Shown here piece by piece: positions 1-10,523 of a stretch of 64,000 bases of DNA. The stretch covers positions 1 through 64,000 of the forward strand of contig JAVHQC010000020.1 in assembly GCA_036170915.1 (NCBI GenBank), written 5' to 3'. Origin of the DNA: Cyanobacteria bacterium auto_48_18. Its GTDB lineage: Bacteria; Cyanobacteriota; Vampirovibrionia; Obscuribacterales; Obscuribacteraceae. The position numbers were made by a program, and so were the translations under genes. The stretch's first letter is position 1. Every line of letters starts with the position of its first letter. The notes under the pieces are model-generated. The model was given only the letters and a program-made list of their open reading frames with translations. It had not been told where the DNA came from and did not search any database.

Positions 1-24
1 AGCGGAGACGACAAGGCGTCTTAA
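1..24 (+). CDS. Probable 3' end of a CDS entering from the left edge (…SGDDKAS*)
   Basis: Frame 1 reads AGC GGA GAC GAC AAG GCG TCT TAA and is followed by an intrinsic terminator at 79-108; too short to identify. Confidence 0.3.
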   Translation, partial: SGDDKAS

Positions 25-78
25 CTTAAGGCTATTCAGTTATCAGGGCTCAACCTGAGTTAATTACCTGAATTTATT

Positions 79-108
79 AAAGGAAGCAGAAATGCTTCCT
101 TTTTTCTT
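79..108 (+). terminator. Rho-independent terminator
   Basis: AAAGGAAGCA-GAAA-TGCTTCCTTT stem-loop followed by a T tract. Confidence 0.8.
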
Positions 109-250
109 GGCGATTTTTGCCACCTCAGGTGGTGCCAGCGGTTTGATTGATTTCAAGATTACACTTCCCAAGGAGAGACGGCTATATGTATTAGGCTGTA
201 CTCTTTACCTCTCTAATCGTAGAGCTAAGCCAGGTTGTAAGGAGTGAGCT

Positions 251-1762
251 ATGAGTGGTGCTAAATTCAGTTTCGGTCAAACAGGAATCTCTCTTGCTTT
301 AAGTCTTGTCTCGTTGAGCATGGGCTGCTCCGCTAGTTTTGCTCAGAACGCCGGCGTCTATACTCCAATCAATATTGAAGAAATCCGCAACGCCGCAAAA
401 TTTGAATTGAAGAATGCTAAGGCTGCTGGTCGACTCACCGCCGAAGAAAGTTCGACTATGGAAACCAGTCTCAATAACGCCAACAACTTGGAATCGATCG
501 AAAGCACCTGGGCTCAGATGGAAGCCAGAGCGCAGGTGGTCAAATCTAATCACCTGAGCATCGATCATTTGCTCAAGCAGTTCTCAAATCGCATCGATAA
601 TTTATTGAAAAGCAAAGTGATCACTCAGGCCGACGCCAAGTTCTATCGCGATCGCATTGACGGCATCAAGCGTGTGCAAAAACAATTTACTGCCAACGGC
701 CGCAAATTAGATTTTTGGCAATTCAATGTACTGGCTCTCGATCTTTCCAGTGTACAAGAGCGTCTTACCCGCTCCCTGGCTCGACTTGGTCATGACGACG
801 AAACCATGGATGACCTGATTTTGCGCAGTGATTTGTACATGGCCAGAAATGCTGTGTGTGCTCGTCAACTCAATACATTTAAGAGCTATATCGTTGAACC
901 AGAACTATTGCTTAAAGCAAAAAACGAACTCTACTCGGTGCTAAAAGATCGTGCTCATAGCAGGTTGGCCACCCCTGAAGTAAAAGCTCAGCTCGCCAAA
1001 AGGCTCAGGCAGACACAGTATGAAGCCGGAAAAATTCAGCCCAGTCAGGAAGAACTCAATTACGCCATCTCTGAAGTGCAGCGTTTAATTGATGGTGGCA
1101 TTAAGAACGGCAATCTCGGTCACGCTGATGCTACTCGCATACAGCAAGAGCTAGAGCTAGTTAAAGCAATCAACACAAGTTATCCTGGACCAAATCCTGG
1201 TGTTGATCCCTTCGAGCGCGAATTGCGCAATGAAGAAGTGCGCTTTATGGCAAGCGACATCAGATTCCTCCAAGATTGGCTTGCCAGGCTATTGCGTAAA
1301 GACGGTGATACAGATCAAAGCCGCGAGCAAATTCTAACTATTGTTCGTCGCGCTGATCTTGCTTATTTCACACATCGCATCACTGCAGCTGATGTGGTTT
1401 CAATTCTCGATCTTGTCTCCACAGCGCTGCGCACTGAAGATTCTGTAGCACGCATGAATATCTTGCGTGAAGGCCAGGGCAAGCTCGACATGATGATCGC
1501 CGATTATTCTTGGAAGCCGGTAGACGTAGCTGTTCGCGTGCAAGAATTGAATAAGATGATCGGAAAGCTCAAGCGGTCACAGAGCGAAGTTACTGCTGAA
1601 AAGGATCGCATCGAAGCAATTTTGCGCACGCTGCCTACTAATACAAGCACTGAAAAAGTAGGCGCAAATATCGTTGCTGGTTCAGAGCTTGAGCTGCTGA
1701 GAAATAAAGTTGCCGGTCTGCTCAAGGAAGAGCAGAAGAGCACCTACGAAGTTAACCAATAG
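251..1762 (+). CDS. Exported all-alpha hypothetical protein with helical-hairpin repeats
   Basis: 503-aa ORF; AAGGAG RBS; signal-peptide-like N-terminus (…SASFA-Q); recurring G/x-x-[LI]-T-x-x-[ED]-A-like motif. Confidence 0.8.
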   Translation: MSGAKFSFGQTGISLALSLVSLSMGCSASFAQNAGVYTPINIEEIRNAAKFELKNAKAAGRLTAEESSTMETSLNNANNLESIESTWAQMEARAQVVKSNHLSIDHLLKQFSNRIDNLLKSKVITQADAKFYRDRIDGIKRVQKQFTANGRKLDFWQFNVLALDLSSVQERLTRSLARLGHDDETMDDLILRSDLYMARNAVCARQLNTFKSYIVEPELLLKAKNELYSVLKDRAHSRLATPEVKAQLAKRLRQTQYEAGKIQPSQEELNYAISEVQRLIDGGIKNGNLGHADATRIQQELELVKAINTSYPGPNPGVDPFERELRNEEVRFMASDIRFLQDWLARLLRKDGDTDQSREQILTIVRRADLAYFTHRITAADVVSILDLVSTALRTEDSVARMNILREGQGKLDMMIADYSWKPVDVAVRVQELNKMIGKLKRSQSEVTAEKDRIEAILRTLPTNTSTEKVGANIVAGSELELLRNKVAGLLKEEQKSTYEVNQ

Positions 1763-1787
1763 AAATTAGCTAGCCGTCACCAAGATT

Positions 1788-1823
1788 GAAATGCCTCCGG
1801 AAAGGGGGGCATTTCTTTTTTTT
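1788..1823 (+). terminator. Rho-independent terminator
   Basis: GAAATGCCTCC…GGGGGCATTTC hairpin followed by a run of 8 T, just after the stop at 1762. Confidence 0.85.
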
Positions 1824-1911
1824 GTGCTTAACGACTGATTAACAACTAAAGACTAAAGTCGATCCACTTAGAAGCAGCGAACCAGGACGACATAGCCCAA
1901 GGAGTATTACC

Positions 1912-2373
1912 ATGACCCAATCTTTCGGTCCACAAACTGCAGCTGTAGCTACTTTTGTTACCGGCAGCGGCGTGATGCCAGGGGATGCACTGCTGGACGC
2001 CGTATTGTCTTGTGAGCTGGTGCAAATGGAAAAGGTAATTCAGCAGTATCAGGAAAATCTTCCGGGCTTGATGGCGCAAATGGAAGTATTGGGCCCTAAG
2101 ATCAATAGAGCCGAACTATTGGTCTCTGCCCGAAAATTCAGCTTCAAACGAGGCAGTACTCTTAAGTGGGCTGCATGGTGCGAATTCAGATTGGTGCGCG
2201 CTCATCGCCTGCTTTTAATTCCCAGCGCACCAGAATTTTCGAGCCTGGTGATAAAAATCGACCCGGGCACTTCCGGCGCCGTGTGTTGTGATTCGCCAGA
2301 GTTATTGATGCGCCAGATTGGCAAAATAGCCGCTTTGCCAGTGGTTCTTGCAGCGCCACCCATGGCCGGCTAA
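1912..2373 (+). CDS. Hypothetical protein
   Basis: 153-aa ORF with AAGGAG RBS; fills the gap between neighbours; no family recognised. Confidence 0.65.
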   Translation: MTQSFGPQTAAVATFVTGSGVMPGDALLDAVLSCELVQMEKVIQQYQENLPGLMAQMEVLGPKINRAELLVSARKFSFKRGSTLKWAAWCEFRLVRAHRLLLIPSAPEFSSLVIKIDPGTSGAVCCDSPELLMRQIGKIAALPVVLAAPPMAG

Positions 2374-2391
2374 AAAAAATCTTTCGACTGA

Positions 2392-3192
2392 TCAGCGTGA
2401 TGGTGCCACTCGGTCATAAACATTGTTTTGCACTTTGATTGCATTGCCCGCGACATCGAATGTGGTGACTTCCACCGAACACTGATGATCGAGACGTCCG
2501 CAAGTTTTTACTTCTTTGCGCACCATTACCTGCGAAAGCGGATCGTAAATGTGCGTTTCTTCTAAATGCCTGTCGGTCGAAGGGTGGAAGAGCCGCTTGA
2601 AATATTTTAGTAGTGCGCCGTCGTCGGAGAAATGGAAGTGTTCAGTCACGCCACGTTCGCCGTCGGCTAACCACTGAATTTGTTCGCGATGGTTCATCTT
2701 GCCGTTTTTAGGATTGAACCAGTGATTAACTGAAAACTTAGCGCGTCCTTCAGGAGTAAATTCAGTCTGACCTTGAAAAAGATTGTTCAGACCTTGAGTT
2801 TCGCGAATTACTGTGCGTACTAAAATGCCGCGAGGATCCATGACCAGCACAGATTCAATGCCTTTTTCATCGTTTAAATAGCGTTTTTCTTTGGTAAGAA
2901 TATTGCCGTCGGGCAACGAGTACGACTCAAAAATTCTATCGATATCGCCGGTATCTGGATCGAAGCGCGTCTCAGAGCGACCATCGGCAGAACGCTTCAC
3001 CATTTTCACGAGTTTGTCCTCGTTGGTATAAACTTTCTCCAGGTAGTATCCGATTTGCCTTTCGTTTTTATACACGTGAAAAGTAGTGCGTAGCTCGCCT
3101 TCTACTTTCGAACCCAGATCGACTTCCTGGAAACTCAATTCGAGCCCAGGGTCATCACAATATTGGTTATATGGTAAGTCGTTCTGATTCAT
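2392..3192 (-). CDS. Hypothetical beta-hairpin repeat protein (MORN/YwqK/YD-like)
   Basis: 266-aa ORF with repeated turn motifs (FDPDTG, MDPRG, FTPEG, FNPKNG, FSDDG, YDPLS, FDVAG). Confidence 0.65.
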   Translation of the reverse strand: MNQNDLPYNQYCDDPGLELSFQEVDLGSKVEGELRTTFHVYKNERQIGYYLEKVYTNEDKLVKMVKRSADGRSETRFDPDTGDIDRIFESYSLPDGNILTKEKRYLNDEKGIESVLVMDPRGILVRTVIRETQGLNNLFQGQTEFTPEGRAKFSVNHWFNPKNGKMNHREQIQWLADGERGVTEHFHFSDDGALLKYFKRLFHPSTDRHLEETHIYDPLSQVMVRKEVKTCGRLDHQCSVEVTTFDVAGNAIKVQNNVYDRVAPSR

Positions 3193-3415
3193 AGGGGGAT
3201 TCCATAAAGAAAGGCATGCTGGGCATGGGGGCCTTGAACTCTAAATAGAGCGAACTAGTCAATTGTGCTGATAAATTTGGCAAAATGAGCATAATTCTGG
3301 GCTATGCCAGACTATTCCTAATTCTTGGGAATGTCAAGGGGATTTTAATCTTCAAAGTAGAGTTAATCTTGGGCGTGAATTTAGTAGCTGATTTCGCACA
3401 TTGGTGCCCAGCCCA

Positions 3416-4837
3416 CTAACCCAGAGCCAACCCGCCGGTGGCCGTTTCTTTGTATTTTTGATTCATGTCGAGGCCGGTTTGTTTCATAACTTCCAGCGCG
3501 CGGTCCAGGCTAATCAAATGCTGCCCGTCACAGGCAAGAGCTAATTCGGCAGCATTGAGAGCTTTTACCGCGCCCATGGCATTGCGTTCAATGCACGGCA
3601 CCTGGACCAGGCCTTTGATTGGATCGCAGGTCATACCAAGGTGATGCTCGATGCCAATTTCGGCGGCTTGCTCACTCTGGTCGGCGCTTCCTCCGAGCAT
3701 GGTTACGGCTCCGGCCGCGGCCATGGCACACGACGTGCCTACTTCGCCCTGGCAGCCTACCTCGGCACCAGATATGGAGGCATGTACTTTTACCAGCGCA
3801 CCAATTACTGAGGCAACAATTAAACCATTCTGCAAAGTTTCATCGCTCAAATTATGCAACTCTTTAAGAGTGCGAAAAACAGCTGGAATCAAGCCTGACG
3901 AGCCATTTGTGGGAGCTGTTACCACCCGCCCACCAGCGGCGTTTTCTTCATTGACGGCAATGGCATAAACTGAAGGCTTCAGACCTTCTGGCGATGCATA
4001 AACGCTAATCTTTGTGCCGGCCAGCATTTGTTCATGCAGCGATTTAGCTCTGCGTTTTACGTTTAGACCGCCGGGCAATATGCCTTCGGTTTTTAGTCCG
4101 CGTTCAATGCAAGCGTCGAAAACTTTTAAAATTTCGCCCAGGCGTGCTCTTAAATCAACTTCGTTTAGACCTCGCACCGCTTCGTTGGCAATGACTATTT
4201 GCCAGGGTTTAAGCTTGTTTCGATTGCACTGTTCCACAAATTCAGCAGCTGAATTATATGGGTACGGCAAGTCAAAAATGGTAGTGCTTGAGCCTGCCGG
4301 TTGCCTTTCCCAGGTGGTTGAATCAACGGGTTCAACGAAGCCGCCGCCTACCGAGAGAATAATCTGTTCGCTAATTACATTGTCGCCGTCCTTGAGTAAA
4401 AAGCGCATGGTGTTTGGATGAGGCAAAGGTTTGCCATCCATCGTCCAGGAAAGCCAGGCGAGATCTTTATCCGGATGAAAGTGCACTTTTACCTTGGCGC
4501 CCAATTTCTCGAATGACAAAAATGGGTTGGCGCGCAGTTTGTCTGTGGCCGACCAGATTTCATCAGGCAAAGTTTCTTTCGGGCTGTAGCCGTACAGACC
4601 ACCACATACGGCGCCGTCAGTCTGGTGACCGGATCCTGTGGCCGAGAGGCTGCCGTAGAGTTCAACTTTGACTGTGTACTGGCGATTTTTGTCAGCTTGT
4701 TTCTCTAAAAGCTCACCAATTATTTGGCGAAATTGCAGTGCTGCCACCATAGGCCCCACAGTGTGAGAGCTGGATGGACCAACACCTATTTTAAACATAT
4801 CAAGAGGGCTAATGTGATCGGCGCGTACTGGGTTCAT
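3416..4837 (-). CDS. sdaA: L-serine ammonia-lyase, Fe-S dependent, single chain
   Basis: GVGPSSSHTVGPM, LYGSLSATG, VTAPTNG, GCQGEVG, HHLGMTCDP and PCIERN motifs. Confidence 0.95.
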   Translation of the reverse strand: MNPVRADHISPLDMFKIGVGPSSSHTVGPMVAALQFRQIIGELLEKQADKNRQYTVKVELYGSLSATGSGHQTDGAVCGGLYGYSPKETLPDEIWSATDKLRANPFLSFEKLGAKVKVHFHPDKDLAWLSWTMDGKPLPHPNTMRFLLKDGDNVISEQIILSVGGGFVEPVDSTTWERQPAGSSTTIFDLPYPYNSAAEFVEQCNRNKLKPWQIVIANEAVRGLNEVDLRARLGEILKVFDACIERGLKTEGILPGGLNVKRRAKSLHEQMLAGTKISVYASPEGLKPSVYAIAVNEENAAGGRVVTAPTNGSSGLIPAVFRTLKELHNLSDETLQNGLIVASVIGALVKVHASISGAEVGCQGEVGTSCAMAAAGAVTMLGGSADQSEQAAEIGIEHHLGMTCDPIKGLVQVPCIERNAMGAVKALNAAELALACDGQHLISLDRALEVMKQTGLDMNQKYKETATGGLALG

Positions 4838-4963
4838 CGCTGTTTTACACTTGATTTTTCTTAGTATTAAACGCCGATTTTACTACTTTAGCGGCATGAA
4901 CAGCCACGAAGTCGTCGAATCTGATATATATCAAAGGCTGATAGCAAAAAGAGAGAACCGCTA

Positions 4964-5605
4964 ATGTTGACTTTGACTAAACCGGGTATCGACGATTACG
5001 CCGAATCTAAAACTGAGCCCACCAGTGCACTTTTAACCAGCCTGGTGCGCGAGACCCACGAAAAGATGTCAATGCCGCAAATGCTCACGGGCAGATTAGA
5101 GGGGCGTTTTCTCAAAATGATGGTGCAGATTTCAGGAGCGAAATCGGTGCTTGAAATCGGCATGTTCACTGGTTATTCAGCCCTTTCCATGGCTGAAGGC
5201 CTCCCGGAAGGCGGCAAGGTGACCACGCTGGATATTGATGATGAGTGTGTGCAGTTTGCCAAGAGATATTTTGAGCGCAGCGAGCATGGTCATAAAATTA
5301 CAGTGATTCAAGGGACAGCCTTGAAGAGCTTGCAGTCGCTGACAGGACCGTTCGACTTTGTTTTCATTGATGCTGACAAACCAAATTACGCTAACTATTA
5401 CGAGGCAGTTTTGCCAAAATTGAAACAAGGTGGCGTAATTCTTGTCGACAACGTTCTCTGGAGCGGCACTGTGTTAGATCCGCACCAGGCCGACGAAAGC
5501 GGCCAAGCAATTATCAAATTTAACGACATGATCGCTAGCGATGACAGAGTAGATCGGGTGTTACTCACAATTCGCGATGGCATTTTCATGCTGCGCAAAC
5601 GCTAA
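4964..5605 (+). CDS. Class I SAM-dependent O-methyltransferase (Methyltransf_3, CCoAOMT-like)
   Basis: LEIGMFTGYS, FDFVFIDADK, DNVLWSG and IRDG motifs. Confidence 0.9.
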   Translation: MLTLTKPGIDDYAESKTEPTSALLTSLVRETHEKMSMPQMLTGRLEGRFLKMMVQISGAKSVLEIGMFTGYSALSMAEGLPEGGKVTTLDIDDECVQFAKRYFERSEHGHKITVIQGTALKSLQSLTGPFDFVFIDADKPNYANYYEAVLPKLKQGGVILVDNVLWSGTVLDPHQADESGQAIIKFNDMIASDDRVDRVLLTIRDGIFMLRKR

Positions 5606-5647
5606 TCAAGAAATCCGAACAGAAAAGAGAACTTTAAGGAGAAGACA

Positions 5648-7063
5648 ATGACGGCTCAAGTGGATACTTTCACACGCACCACGGTGCTCGATACACTGAA
5701 GAAAGAAAACATCGGCAAGCGCGTCAGGCTCTGCGGCTGGGTTCGCACCAGGCGAGACTCAAAAGGTGGATTTTCTTTTCTGGCCATTAACGACGGCTCT
5801 ACGTTCGACAATGTGCAGGTGATTGCCGAAAGCAAACTGGCCAATTATGAGAGCGATGTACTCAAGCTAGGCATAGGCAGTTCAGTAGAAATTATCGGTG
5901 AGATCGTCGAGTCGCTGGGCAAAGAGCAGAGCACCGAAATTAAAGCCGAGTCTGTGAAAGTATTTGGTTTTGCTGATCCGGCTACTTATCCTTTACAGAA
6001 GAAAGGCACATCGTACGAATACCTGCGCACCATTGCTCACTTGCGTCCGCGCACTAATACTTTTGGTGCTGTGGCTCGCGTGCGTAATCAAATTTGCTCA
6101 TCTATTCACGGATTCTTTCAAAAACGTGGGTTTATCTATGTGCACACCCCAATCATCACCGGCAGCGACTGCGAAGGTGCTGGGCAAATGTTTAAGGTCA
6201 CCACTCTAGACTTCGATAACATTCCGCGCAAAGATGACGGCACCGTAGATTTTGAGCAAGACTTTTTCGGTAAGCAAACCAATCTTACTGTCAGTGGGCA
6301 ATTAGAAGGCGAAATTTACGCCACAGCCCTGAGCAATGTTTATACTTTTGGGCCTACTTTTAGAGCTGAAAATTCCAATACTTCCAGGCACCTCTCTGAG
6401 TTCTGGATGATTGAGCCTGAGATGGCTTTCTGTGATCTTGAAGGCAACATGCAATGTGCAGAAGAATTCCTCAAAACTATTTTTGAAGATGTACTTACTC
6501 ATTGCGGCACTGATATGAAATTCTTCAATGAGCGCATCGACAAAACCGCCATCGAAACTTTGACCAATATCGTCAATAGTGATTTTGTGCGCATTTCCTA
6601 CACAGAAGCAGTGGATATTTTGCTCAAATGCGGCGAAAGTTTCGAATTTCCAGTGAGCTGGGGTATCGACTTGCAGTCAGAGCACGAGCGCTATTTGACT
6701 GAGAAGAAATTCAAGAAACCGGTGATTGTCTCTGATTATCCTAAAGGCATCAAAGCGTTTTATATGCGCATGAATGAAGATGATAAAACGGTACGGGCTA
6801 TGGATGTGCTCGTACCAAAGGTGGGCGAAATTATTGGTGGCAGCCAGCGTGAAGAGCGGCTTGAAGTTCTTGAGCAGAGAATGCTCGACAGTGGATTGCA
6901 CCCGGCCGATTATTGGTGGTATCTCGATTTGCGTAAGTATGGCACTGTGCCCCACGCCGGATTCGGCCTTGGTCTTGAGCGCACAGTACAATTCGTCACT
7001 GGCATGGCAAACATAAGAGACGTGATTCCATTTCCACGCGCACCGAAGACTGCTGAGTTTTAA
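5648..7063 (+). CDS. asnS: Asparagine--tRNA ligase
   Basis: OB-fold [58 protein letters not shown]. Confidence 0.97.
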   Translation: MTAQVDTFTRTTVLDTLKKENIGKRVRLCGWVRTRRDSKGGFSFLAINDGSTFDNVQVIAESKLANYESDVLKLGIGSSVEIIGEIVESLGKEQSTEIKAESVKVFGFADPATYPLQKKGTSYEYLRTIAHLRPRTNTFGAVARVRNQICSSIHGFFQKRGFIYVHTPIITGSDCEGAGQMFKVTTLDFDNIPRKDDGTVDFEQDFFGKQTNLTVSGQLEGEIYATALSNVYTFGPTFRAENSNTSRHLSEFWMIEPEMAFCDLEGNMQCAEEFLKTIFEDVLTHCGTDMKFFNERIDKTAIETLTNIVNSDFVRISYTEAVDILLKCGESFEFPVSWGIDLQSEHERYLTEKKFKKPVIVSDYPKGIKAFYMRMNEDDKTVRAMDVLVPKVGEIIGGSQREERLEVLEQRMLDSGLHPADYWWYLDLRKYGTVPHAGFGLGLERTVQFVTGMANIRDVIPFPRAPKTAEF

Positions 7064-7064
7064 G

Positions 7065-7898
7065 ATGCGGATTTCTCGAACCTCTAGAATTGCTCGCAAC
7101 TGTGCAGCCGCCATTGCTGCCGTTATTCTGGCTGTGCAGCCTGCCACCGCTCAAAGTCAGTCTGCTGGCGGTAAACCGATAATCGGCATTAACCTTGATG
7201 TCTCCGGTGAGAAAAATAAGCGTTACATGATTGGTGCGCGTTATGTCGATGCGATCACTAAATCTGGTGGCATTCCAGTTTTGCTGCCGCCGGTCAATCC
7301 TGCTGAATTTGCTCAGCTGCTGCCAACCCTAGATGGAATGCTGATGATTGGTGGAGATGACTACCCGCCGCAGTCTTATGGTCGTGAGGTTGAGCCTAAA
7401 ACTTCAGTGATGCAGGCGGAGCGTTCTGATTTTGACTTGTTGGTTGTGCGATCGGTATTGGCGCAAAAGCAAATGCCTTATCTCGGAATTTGCGCCGGTG
7501 AGCAGGCATTGAATATTGCTTCTGGTGGTGAGTTGATTCAAGATATTCCCAGCCATGACCCTAGTGCCAAAGTCATTCATGCTGCCAGAAAAGGCAGTGG
7601 AGACGCCCCTAAAAGTCATATTGTCACTTTCAAAAAAGGCAGCAAGTTAGCTGGGCTTCTAGGTGATGCACCACTGGCAGTGCCGACCTCTCACCACCAG
7701 TGTGTTTCGAAGCTGGGAAAAGACTTAGCTGTGGCCGCCACCACTGACGATGGCCTGACTGAAGCGATCGAAGGACTCGGCGAGCGTTTTGTCGTCGGTG
7801 TGCAATGGCATCCTGAGCGCGATTATGAGCACAACGCGCCGCTTTTTGCCGAGTTTGTCAAACAAGCGTCAAGTTATCGAGCGACCAAACTTAAATAG
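7065..7898 (+). CDS. Peptidase C26 / gamma-glutamyl-gamma-aminobutyrate hydrolase family protein with a predicted signal peptide
   Basis: GGIPVLLP, GGDD, LGICAGEQ (catalytic Cys), SHHQ and VQWHPE (His/Glu); N-terminal basic then hydrophobic stretch ending ATA-Q. Confidence 0.88.
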   Translation: MRISRTSRIARNCAAAIAAVILAVQPATAQSQSAGGKPIIGINLDVSGEKNKRYMIGARYVDAITKSGGIPVLLPPVNPAEFAQLLPTLDGMLMIGGDDYPPQSYGREVEPKTSVMQAERSDFDLLVVRSVLAQKQMPYLGICAGEQALNIASGGELIQDIPSHDPSAKVIHAARKGSGDAPKSHIVTFKKGSKLAGLLGDAPLAVPTSHHQCVSKLGKDLAVAATTDDGLTEAIEGLGERFVVGVQWHPERDYEHNAPLFAEFVKQASSYRATKLK

Positions 7899-7899
7899 T

Positions 7900-8994
7900 T
7901 CACTCAGGCACCGCTGTGAGCGCCCACATTCCATTTTGGTTGTAAAACCAACTGTCTTCTTCGTAGCCCGACTGATAGCAGGTGGCATCGTAGGTTTCTT
8001 TTCTTGATGGCGAGTGGTACTTGAAAGCTTGATCGCTTGGGGGCAGCTCATTGAGCAAACTGTATTCTAAAAATTCAGCTAATAGAGTGGCACCTTCGTC
8101 GTCGCTTAGATCAAGTTCGATGGAGACATCGGGCAATCCGAGGCCGTGCATGCCGCAAGAAAAAATTTGTCCTTCGCCACCTATGCGTTGCACATAAGCT
8201 TCAATAAAAGCTAAGAGACCCTGCTCTTCACTTAGCTCTGCCCAGGCTGCTTTTGTGTGCGTAAGGCCGGCTGTAGCAACGTAGACGCAAGTGCCCTCCA
8301 GTTCGTCCAGCAAATGGCTTACTGTTTTTAGCATGTCTGCGGCCAGCTCAATTTGATCTTCAACCTGACTAGCAGCTTCTGCATTCGGCCCGGACAAGTA
8401 GAGCAAGTGTGTGTGGTTCTTAATTACACCCATGTCGCTAGCAGAAAGACGCCCCACGCCGCATGAGAGCAATGTTTCCACCAGGTCGCCATCACGCTCT
8501 TTAATTTCAATGTCATAAATTACTGCTCCACTGTCTTTATTAATAAGAGTGGTGCCATCAGTAGAAGTAAGTGAATCTGTCTCAACAAATTTTGCCTCAA
8601 TCAATTTTGCAATAATTTCTGCTTTGCTCTCTGCATGCAGAGGAATGATCACCAGTAACTCTTGCGAAATTTCTAATTCGCCCTCGCTATCAGTGGCCTC
8701 AAGAGTAATTTTAAATTGCTCCAGGCGCTGTGCCACTTGTTCCCCACCATCCAAATTGGGCAGCTCAGATTCAATTACTTCTATTTGCGCCAGAGCCAGA
8801 TCAAACTGGCCCAGAGCCACGAGCACTTCCACTTTGGCAAAATATGCATCGGCAGTGGCATGTTCGGCTATGGAGCGATCAAAGTCAGTGATGGCATCTT
8901 TCAACTCGCCTTTATGAGCAGCAAGCAAACCTTGCTCAAGTAGGGCTTGCGCTTTTTCTTTCTGGCTAGTGGCCGATTGTGCTGACTTAGACAT
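7900..8994 (-). CDS. TPR plus DUF4261-like domain protein
   Basis: N-terminal TPR-like helices (AITDFDRSI…[18 protein letters not shown]); C-terminal [11 protein letters not shown] and FYNQNGMW motifs. Confidence 0.6.
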   Translation of the reverse strand: MSKSAQSATSQKEKAQALLEQGLLAAHKGELKDAITDFDRSIAEHATADAYFAKVEVLVALGQFDLALAQIEVIESELPNLDGGEQVAQRLEQFKITLEATDSEGELEISQELLVIIPLHAESKAEIIAKLIEAKFVETDSLTSTDGTTLINKDSGAVIYDIEIKERDGDLVETLLSCGVGRLSASDMGVIKNHTHLLYLSGPNAEAASQVEDQIELAADMLKTVSHLLDELEGTCVYVATAGLTHTKAAWAELSEEQGLLAFIEAYVQRIGGEGQIFSCGMHGLGLPDVSIELDLSDDEGATLLAEFLEYSLLNELPPSDQAFKYHSPSRKETYDATCYQSGYEEDSWFYNQNGMWALTAVPE

Positions 8995-9033
8995 GTTAGT
9001 TTCTCCGTGGTGATAAATATGAACGGTCCTGGT

Positions 9034-10383
9034 TTAAGCAAAACGTTTCATATCTTTGTCCGGGTGCTGGAAGAAGAGTACCGCCATTGATCCTGTGAGA
9101 GAGAAAAAGATCAAGATGAAAAAGGCGGCGTTGAAATTGTGAGTGCGATCAGAAATCATGCCAGTAAGAATCGGCGCTAAAATTCCTGCCAGACCTAAGT
9201 AGCAATCCATTAAACCAAGACTGGTAGCTGCTTTGTCTTTAGCCAGGTCGGTGTTGATGGCGTAAAACGCTGCATTGGGCATGAGGCCCAAACCAAGGCC
9301 CAGAGAAAATAAAATTAGAGCAGCGTTCAAGCTCGGATTGAACATTAATGGAATGAAGCAGAGCCCAGAGAGCAGCTGGCAAATCCACATCATATGACTG
9401 CGGGCCACGCGCATGCTCCCGGTTTTTTTCCATAGATAATCTGACAGAAAGCCGGCCAAAAAGAGCAGAACTGCGGCAGTCAACCAGGGGGCAACCAATA
9501 ATCGCCCTGAAAGTTCCAGAGGCAAATCATAAGTCTGCTTTAAATAGCCAGGCAGCCAGGTGACAGAAAAGAAGAGTAAATAGCCGAAGCCGAAGAAGGC
9601 AAAATTGTTGGCCACAAGCGATTTATTGGTGAACAGAAATTTCCAGGTAGTTTTTCCCAGCGAGATTTCATGCGCTTTCATATCAGCCATTTTGCGCTCG
9701 CGGTTGAGAGTCTGGCCTTCGCGAATCAGCGAAAGTTCAGCGTCATTAACAAATTTGGAATGCTCCGGATAATCGCGATAAATGAACCACCAGATAACCG
9801 CCCAGATGATGCCTACTGAGCCGAGAATGACAAACATTGCTTTCCAACCGTAAGCGACAATCAAATTTGTAATCAGCGGAGCTCCGATCACCCCTGCCAT
9901 TGGCACTGCACAGAGTCCCATGGCCGTAGATTTAGCTCGTTCGGTAGAAGGCAGCCAGTCAGCAACCACCCTGGTTAAAGCTGGGAAGTGAGGCCCCTCA
10001 GTAATACCGAGCATTACTCGCACGGTAAAAAATATGGGATAGCTGCTGCAGATTCCCATTAGAGCCGTACACAAAGACCAGCAGAGCGCCGCTCCTGACC
10101 AGATGCTGCGAGCTCCCCATTTGTCTACGAGCAAGCCGCCGCCCAGCGTCATTAAGGTGTAGCCCACGGCAAAGGCAGCGGCAATCTGACCAAACTGAGT
10201 ATCAGTAAAGCCAAATTCGAGCTTAATTGGGTCTCGGGCGTAAGCCATGGCCGAGCGATCTAAGTAATTAATCAGTGTAATTATGAAAGCAAAACCAATC
10301 ACCACCCACCGATAGTTCGAGGCTCCCGCTGGTGTCTGCACCGAAGCCGGGGGAGGGGTATTGGTTTCAGAAGCTAATGACAT
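9034..10383 (-). CDS. MFS transporter, anion:cation symporter (sugar-acid/GudP-like) family
   Basis: INYLDRS, GGLLVDKWGAR and WLPSTERA motifs; about 12 hydrophobic segments. Confidence 0.9.
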   Translation of the reverse strand: MSLASETNTPPPASVQTPAGASNYRWVVIGFAFIITLINYLDRSAMAYARDPIKLEFGFTDTQFGQIAAAFAVGYTLMTLGGGLLVDKWGARSIWSGAALCWSLCTALMGICSSYPIFFTVRVMLGITEGPHFPALTRVVADWLPSTERAKSTAMGLCAVPMAGVIGAPLITNLIVAYGWKAMFVILGSVGIIWAVIWWFIYRDYPEHSKFVNDAELSLIREGQTLNRERKMADMKAHEISLGKTTWKFLFTNKSLVANNFAFFGFGYLLFFSVTWLPGYLKQTYDLPLELSGRLLVAPWLTAAVLLFLAGFLSDYLWKKTGSMRVARSHMMWICQLLSGLCFIPLMFNPSLNAALILFSLGLGLGLMPNAAFYAINTDLAKDKAATSLGLMDCYLGLAGILAPILTGMISDRTHNFNAAFFILIFFSLTGSMAVLFFQHPDKDMKRFA

Positions 10384-10523
10384 GGAAATTCCGTATAGTG
10401 GAAACTGGGTATTACTCTCTAAGACGGCCTAGCTTAATCTAAAATTCGAAAAAAATTCATGTATATCTTTGAACTTTTTCGCTTCTGCCGACGTTTATAT
10501 AGATAGAGCGCTTTTTAAATAGT

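Noticed and set aside
1..75. Possible structured ncRNA at the window start (small hairpins before the terminator)
   Set aside because: More simply read as a CDS end plus 3' UTR; truncated by the window edge with no recognisable RNA family features.
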